36,087 nt of DNA from Candidatus Uhrbacteria bacterium (lineage in GTDB: Bacteria > Patescibacteriota > Patescibacteriia > UBA9934). Made by a program: the position numbers and the translations under genes. The notes under the pieces were generated by a model, which ran no database searches, was not told the origin of the DNA, and saw nothing but the letters and a program-made list of their open reading frames with translations. Below are positions 32,392 through 36,087 of the stretch, piece after piece. The stretch spans positions 1 through 36,087 of the forward strand of contig JAHFIZ010000002.1 of NCBI GenBank assembly GCA_023246145.1, written 5' to 3'. Position 1 is the first letter of the stretch; every line of letters starts with the position of its first letter.

Positions 32392-32967
32392 CTAAAAACC
32401 AAGCGTCATGTTCACGGTGGACTGCGGCTTGTCTCCTCTAAAATCTACCGGAATAGCCTGCCGCTCGCCTTTACGATCATCAAACAAGAGATAGCCGTTT
32501 TTCAGGCCAAATTCGTACACTTCCTTGGTTACCTTCACGTCCTGAAGACAATATTCGCGAATAGCTTCAATATTCCCTTCTTTCCACCAAGCCACCGCCT
32601 GAAGGCCGTGGGCGCTCTTCTCAATGCCCACCGTAGCCTGTCCCACCGCATCTAACTTAATGCGGTAGCCGAGCGCCTTATTAATATGGGCGAGCATGTC
32701 TAACTGCGGCAAGTTCAAAAGATCGCCGGCGTAGTAATTATTTAACACGGGCATGTCGAAACCTATGGAGTTATAGCCAATGATCCTTCCGCTCTTTTCA
32801 AGCCTAGCGAACAGCTGCGGCAAATCAGGCTCCAAAAACGATTCGTACGTATCTGTTTCGTAAAAATAAACACCTACGAGAGACACTTTGAGTTTATCTG
32901 TAAAATATCCGCCCACTTCATCAAACGTATTCTGCGTCTCAATGTCCAGGACCACTTCATTTGTCAT
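32392..32967 (-). CDS. DEDDy-type 3'-5' exonuclease (RNase H-like fold, PolB-exonuclease-like)
   Basis: 191 aa. Exo I VVLDIETQ, Exo II IIGYNSIGFDMPVLN, Exo III EYCLQDVKV. Confidence 0.8.
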   Translation of the reverse strand: MTNEVVLDIETQNTFDEVGGYFTDKLKVSLVGVYFYETDTYESFLEPDLPQLFARLEKSGRIIGYNSIGFDMPVLNNYYAGDLLNLPQLDMLAHINKALGYRIKLDAVGQATVGIEKSAHGLQAVAWWKEGNIEAIREYCLQDVKVTKEVYEFGLKNGYLLFDDRKGERQAIPVDFRGDKPQSTVNMTLGF

Positions 32968-33473
32968 AAAGATGCTCTCTTAGCAATTATTCCTAAACCA
33001 ATAAAGAGGATTACCGCACCAACCGCAATAAGCCCAATCACCGGAAGCGAACTTTGCGCTCCTCCTGCCGGTGCTACAGACTCCACAGGAGTCGTCATAG
33101 CCACCGGATGGCCTTTTGCATCCAGCTCTCGGGTGTTGCTCACACTTGCAACGACGGTTGTATCTGTTATTTCTCCGATATGCACGATACGCTGCAGCTT
33201 TACCGCGCTTGAGGTATCAAAAACCACGAGCGGGTCAGCGGACAGGGTGAGATCAGATTTCAGTGTCAGCGCATCAGTATCACGAACAGCTACCACAAAC
33301 CGGGCGCTGTCCGGAGAGGCGGTTTCATCAAAACACTTCTCCCCGATAATCTTTTCTGCCGGGGTGGGCGAAGTACCGTTCAATGAAGCGTAGAAAGAAA
33401 ATTCCGGAAAATCTCCTCCGTTCTCAAGAAGAAAACAATTGGTTAACAAATGCGTGTCTTTGGGGATGGTCAT
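32964..33473 (-). CDS. hypothetical C-terminally anchored protein
   Basis: 169 aa. No N-terminal signal sequence. The C-terminus is SSLPVIGLIAVGAVILFIGLGIIAKRASL (hydrophobic helix plus basic tail). 4-nt overlaps with both neighbours. Confidence 0.55.
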   Translation of the reverse strand: MTIPKDTHLLTNCFLLENGGDFPEFSFYASLNGTSPTPAEKIIGEKCFDETASPDSARFVVAVRDTDALTLKSDLTLSADPLVVFDTSSAVKLQRIVHIGEITDTTVVASVSNTRELDAKGHPVAMTTPVESVAPAGGAQSSLPVIGLIAVGAVILFIGLGIIAKRASL

Positions 33474-34882
33474 AGCTCCTGTGCCAAGGAAATTCCTTCA
33501 GAATACGTAGGATACGCTCGGATACCTGACTGCAAAACCGCAGCAGTCACGCCTGTCCGCATAGCGAGTGCCACCTCATGGATTACCTCCCCGGAACGCT
33601 CGCCAAACATATGCGCCCCAAGAATAAGGTCTGTTTTTTTCTCTACGATAATCTTTAGCATGCCTTCACGCCGGCCGTCTACTGCCGCCCGCCCTAGGAC
33701 GCCAAGAGGAGTTTTGAGAATACGAATATCGTGTCCAGCAAGAGCAGCTTCCTGTGCGGTTAGGCCGACCGATGCTAATTCCGGATCAGTAAAGGTAACA
33801 CGCGGCACAATACCAAGTTCCACACTCTGCATGCTCTTTGGCTTGCTGACGTTTGCGGCGTTAAAACCGGCAATCGAGCCTTCATAATGTGCGGTATGCG
33901 TAAAAGCGAGGTGAGAGGAGGCATCTCCGGCCACAAAAATATTCTTTGCCTTGGTGCGGAGCGTGGGAGCGAGTTCTATCTTGCCGTTTTCTTCCTTGAT
34001 GCCAGCCGCTTCAAGATGCAGATTGGCCACATTCGGCCGCTTGCCAGACGCTATCAAAACCTTCTCCACGAACATGGTCTTTCGCGGTGATTTTCCTGTC
34101 TGATAAGTTAGTCGAATCCCTTTTCGCTCTTTCTTGAGACCGAGCGCGATGGTTTTGGTAAGTACGGATACGCCGAGCGTCCGGAGACGAGCTTCGGCCA
34201 ATACTGAGAGCTCCTCATCCTCCCTAGGCAAAATATGCGGCGCTATCTGCAGAAGCGCCGTCTTCACGCCTACTTCCGCAAAAAACGTAGCCATTTCCGT
34301 GCCCACCGGACCCGCGCCGATAATAGCAATGGAACTTGGCAATTTTTTCAATTTCGTTACGTCGGCGTAAGTGAGATACGGTGTTTCTTCTATTCCATGA
34401 ATCGGGGGGGTGATATCGACCGATCCTGTAGCAATAACAAACGCCTTACTTTTCAAAACACGTGCACCGACTCTGATCGTGGACGCATCCACAAAATACG
34501 CTCGACCCTTCACCACATCTATTTTCTGCATCTCCAGATATTTTTCTAGCCGTTTCTCATTGCCGGTAATGAGATTCACTACTGCGGTCTTTCGCTTTAC
34601 TACACGCGCAAAATCAAAGGACAGGCTTTTAGCCTCTACGCCAAACATCCCACCTTCATGCGCCATCTTGTAATAGAGTCTTGCGGAAGCGAGCAGCACT
34701 TTTGACGGTACGCACGCTTCATGGGGGCAGTCTCCGCCGAGCAATTTCTCCTCTATAACGCAAACGGACTTGGCCCCGGCCTCTCTTGCAGAAAGTGCCG
34801 CCGCTACCCCCGCGGAACCGCCACCAATAACGATGACGTCATGCATATTAAATTTCTTCCTTCTTTTCCCGGATGAACGCAA
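33470..34882 (-). CDS. class I pyridine nucleotide-disulfide oxidoreductase (dihydrolipoyl dehydrogenase / MerA / glutathione reductase family)
   Basis: 470 aa. FAD motif VIVIGGGSAGVAAA, redox CxxxxC GGDCPHEACVPSK, NAD motif IAIIGAGPVGTE, and a dimerisation domain. The usual HPTxxE is replaced by AYPTYSE. Confidence 0.85.
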   Translation of the reverse strand: MRSSGKRRKKFNMHDVIVIGGGSAGVAAALSAREAGAKSVCVIEEKLLGGDCPHEACVPSKVLLASARLYYKMAHEGGMFGVEAKSLSFDFARVVKRKTAVVNLITGNEKRLEKYLEMQKIDVVKGRAYFVDASTIRVGARVLKSKAFVIATGSVDITPPIHGIEETPYLTYADVTKLKKLPSSIAIIGAGPVGTEMATFFAEVGVKTALLQIAPHILPREDEELSVLAEARLRTLGVSVLTKTIALGLKKERKGIRLTYQTGKSPRKTMFVEKVLIASGKRPNVANLHLEAAGIKEENGKIELAPTLRTKAKNIFVAGDASSHLAFTHTAHYEGSIAGFNAANVSKPKSMQSVELGIVPRVTFTDPELASVGLTAQEAALAGHDIRILKTPLGVLGRAAVDGRREGMLKIIVEKKTDLILGAHMFGERSGEVIHEVALAMRTGVTAAVLQSGIRAYPTYSEGISLAQEL

Positions 34883-36087
34883 GCCAGCCTTCTACAAACT
34901 GGATAGCTACCTTCAATGGCGCTTCAATGATGAAGTCAAAGAAGTAAATGAACACGTTGATCTTAGAAATTTTGGTAGAGAGCCAATTTCCCGCGCGGAC
35001 TATCGGCAAGAGCACAATGTCGAAAAGCGTTCCGGCAATCCCCGCGCGCGCATCAGAAGCAATAATGTCTCTTGTGGAGGTGCGGATACGGATGCCGAAG
35101 AACGTTACGAGTGAAAGGAACGTAAGGAAGAGGGTGATAGACAGCCAGTGGAAGCCGAAAATAGCTAAAAGCCAACCCACTCCTACATAGATGAGGAGGA
35201 AAAGCAGCGCGTAGATGATGTCAAAGAAAATGCTCCATCTGCCCCGCACCTCTTTCTTCACCCGAATATGAAGGAGCGGATGATCAGCTCCCACGGAAAG
35301 CGCGCGGATAGCGGACGTATAGTCTGCAGCATTCTGCTTCTCCGGAATTGCAATGGTAAGCGCAATAATGGCGAGGAAGATGGGATGAAAGAAAATATTG
35401 ATGAAGAGCGGATAGAGCGGCGGATGTTCTTCAACCAAGAGCGCGTCATACGGCAGCTCAAGGAGGAGCGCTAAAAACATCTTGGTGATGATAAGGAAGA
35501 TGATAGCGCGCACCGTAGTGCGGCGCAGACGAACCCGAAAATCTTTTGTGCGGATGCGGAGCGCTTCTTTTACCGCACTATCTAATTCCTCAGGATCTTC
35601 AAAAAGTTCCGGCTTGGGGCCACGAAGCACGTCTCCAAGCACGCGGAAAATTCCTGCGCGGCGCCGGACTAACCTGGTCAACCGTTCCGTCAACGGATCC
35701 GTGATCTGCGACTCCACAATCTTAATGACGGAAGGAAGATCTGCGGCAATTTCTTCAACGAGCGCTGAGTCTGCGGTGGTCTCATTCCACGCGGGATAAT
35801 AGAGCGTGAAAACGCGGTAACGAAGCGTGGCCGGCGTGGATTTCAGAAGCGAGCGATGCACCGCCACATAAAAACGCAGGTCTCTATCGCTTTCGCTCAC
35901 GGGAAGCGTAGGATCCCATTCCGTGCGTCCGCGGAGCTCCTCATACATGAAGCTCGCGAGCGCCTCATCCGCTGCCGGGGGAGCTAAAACATACTCAATC
36001 TCTGTGGCAAGAACATCAAGAACAAAATGAAATTTAAAATCCTGATCTCCCCCGCCTGTTTCTGCAACCTTAAGGAGCGGTTCATAT
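34848..36087 (-). CDS. large multi-pass membrane protein, 5'-partial (frame open to the window end)
   Basis: The ORF track starts at the ATG at 35948, but the same frame has no stop up to nt 36087. There are about 6 TM helices in the C-terminal half. It faintly resembles the membrane proteins annotated as Gcr-type 'site-specific recombinase' (PF10136). That is unverified. Confidence 0.6.
   Translation of the reverse strand, partial: YEPLLKVAETGGGDQDFKFHFVLDVLATEIEYVLAPPAADEALASFMYEELRGRTEWDPTLPVSESDRDLRFYVAVHRSLLKSTPATLRYRVFTLYYPAWNETTADSALVEEIAADLPSVIKIVESQITDPLTERLTRLVRRRAGIFRVLGDVLRGPKPELFEDPEELDSAVKEALRIRTKDFRVRLRRTTVRAIIFLIITKMFLALLLELPYDALLVEEHPPLYPLFINIFFHPIFLAIIALTIAIPEKQNAADYTSAIRALSVGADHPLLHIRVKKEVRGRWSIFFDIIYALLFLLIYVGVGWLLAIFGFHWLSITLFLTFLSLVTFFGIRIRTSTRDIIASDARAGIAGTLFDIVLLPIVRAGNWLSTKISKINVFIYFFDFIIEAPLKVAIQFVEGWLAFIREKKEEI

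Overview
This is a bacterial window. From the gene content and tight packing I guess a small-genome uncultivated lineage, possibly CPR/Patescibacteria-like, but that is inference only.

**Backbone genes**
- A three-gene carotenoid-type operon on the minus strand (655-4099): polyprenyl diphosphate synthase, phytoene/squalene synthase, CrtI-type desaturase.
- tRNA-Glu(CTC) at 5179-5253.
- glmS at 15565-17388.
- A cell-wall block on the minus strand (18355-21989): murF, a class B PBP and a small acidic protein.
- Class I ribonucleotide reductase nrdB-nrdA on the minus strand (22148-25142), preceded by two NrdR-box-like palindromes.
- A 1592-aa secreted repeat protein on the minus strand (25321-30099).
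- A minus-strand operon at 32392-36087, open at the window edge: DEDDy 3'-5' exonuclease, tail-anchored protein, flavoprotein disulfide reductase, large membrane protein.

**Accessory material**
- Directly 3' of the tRNA sits a large serine recombinase. Its ORF stops inside the tRNA anticodon loop, and its catalytic YYRVSTEEQ motif lies behind an in-frame TGA.
- To the right of the recombinase are about 8 kb of mostly unrecognisable genes.
- These include a tightly coupled four-gene cassette (9649-12929): unknown, AbiV-like HEPN protein with a ~400-aa extension, VRR-NUC nuclease, unknown. I consider this the best candidate for an undescribed (defence-type) system.

**Other points of interest**
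- A GC-rich SF2 helicase (30269-32315) is split by a +1 frameshift at a C4 run and carries a C-terminal sigma-70 region-4 HTH.
- A ~0.75-0.97 kb ORF-free, hairpin-rich spacer lies between glmS and murF.
- A four-tract G-run (C-rich on the mRNA) fills the nrdB-nrdA spacer.
- Three phased 15-bp palindromes lie at 595-643.
- A three-copy complementary motif sits in the leader of a zinc-ribbon membrane protein gene.
- A perfect 84-nt repeat occurs inside the giant gene.

All family calls come from motif recognition by eye. No database search was possible.
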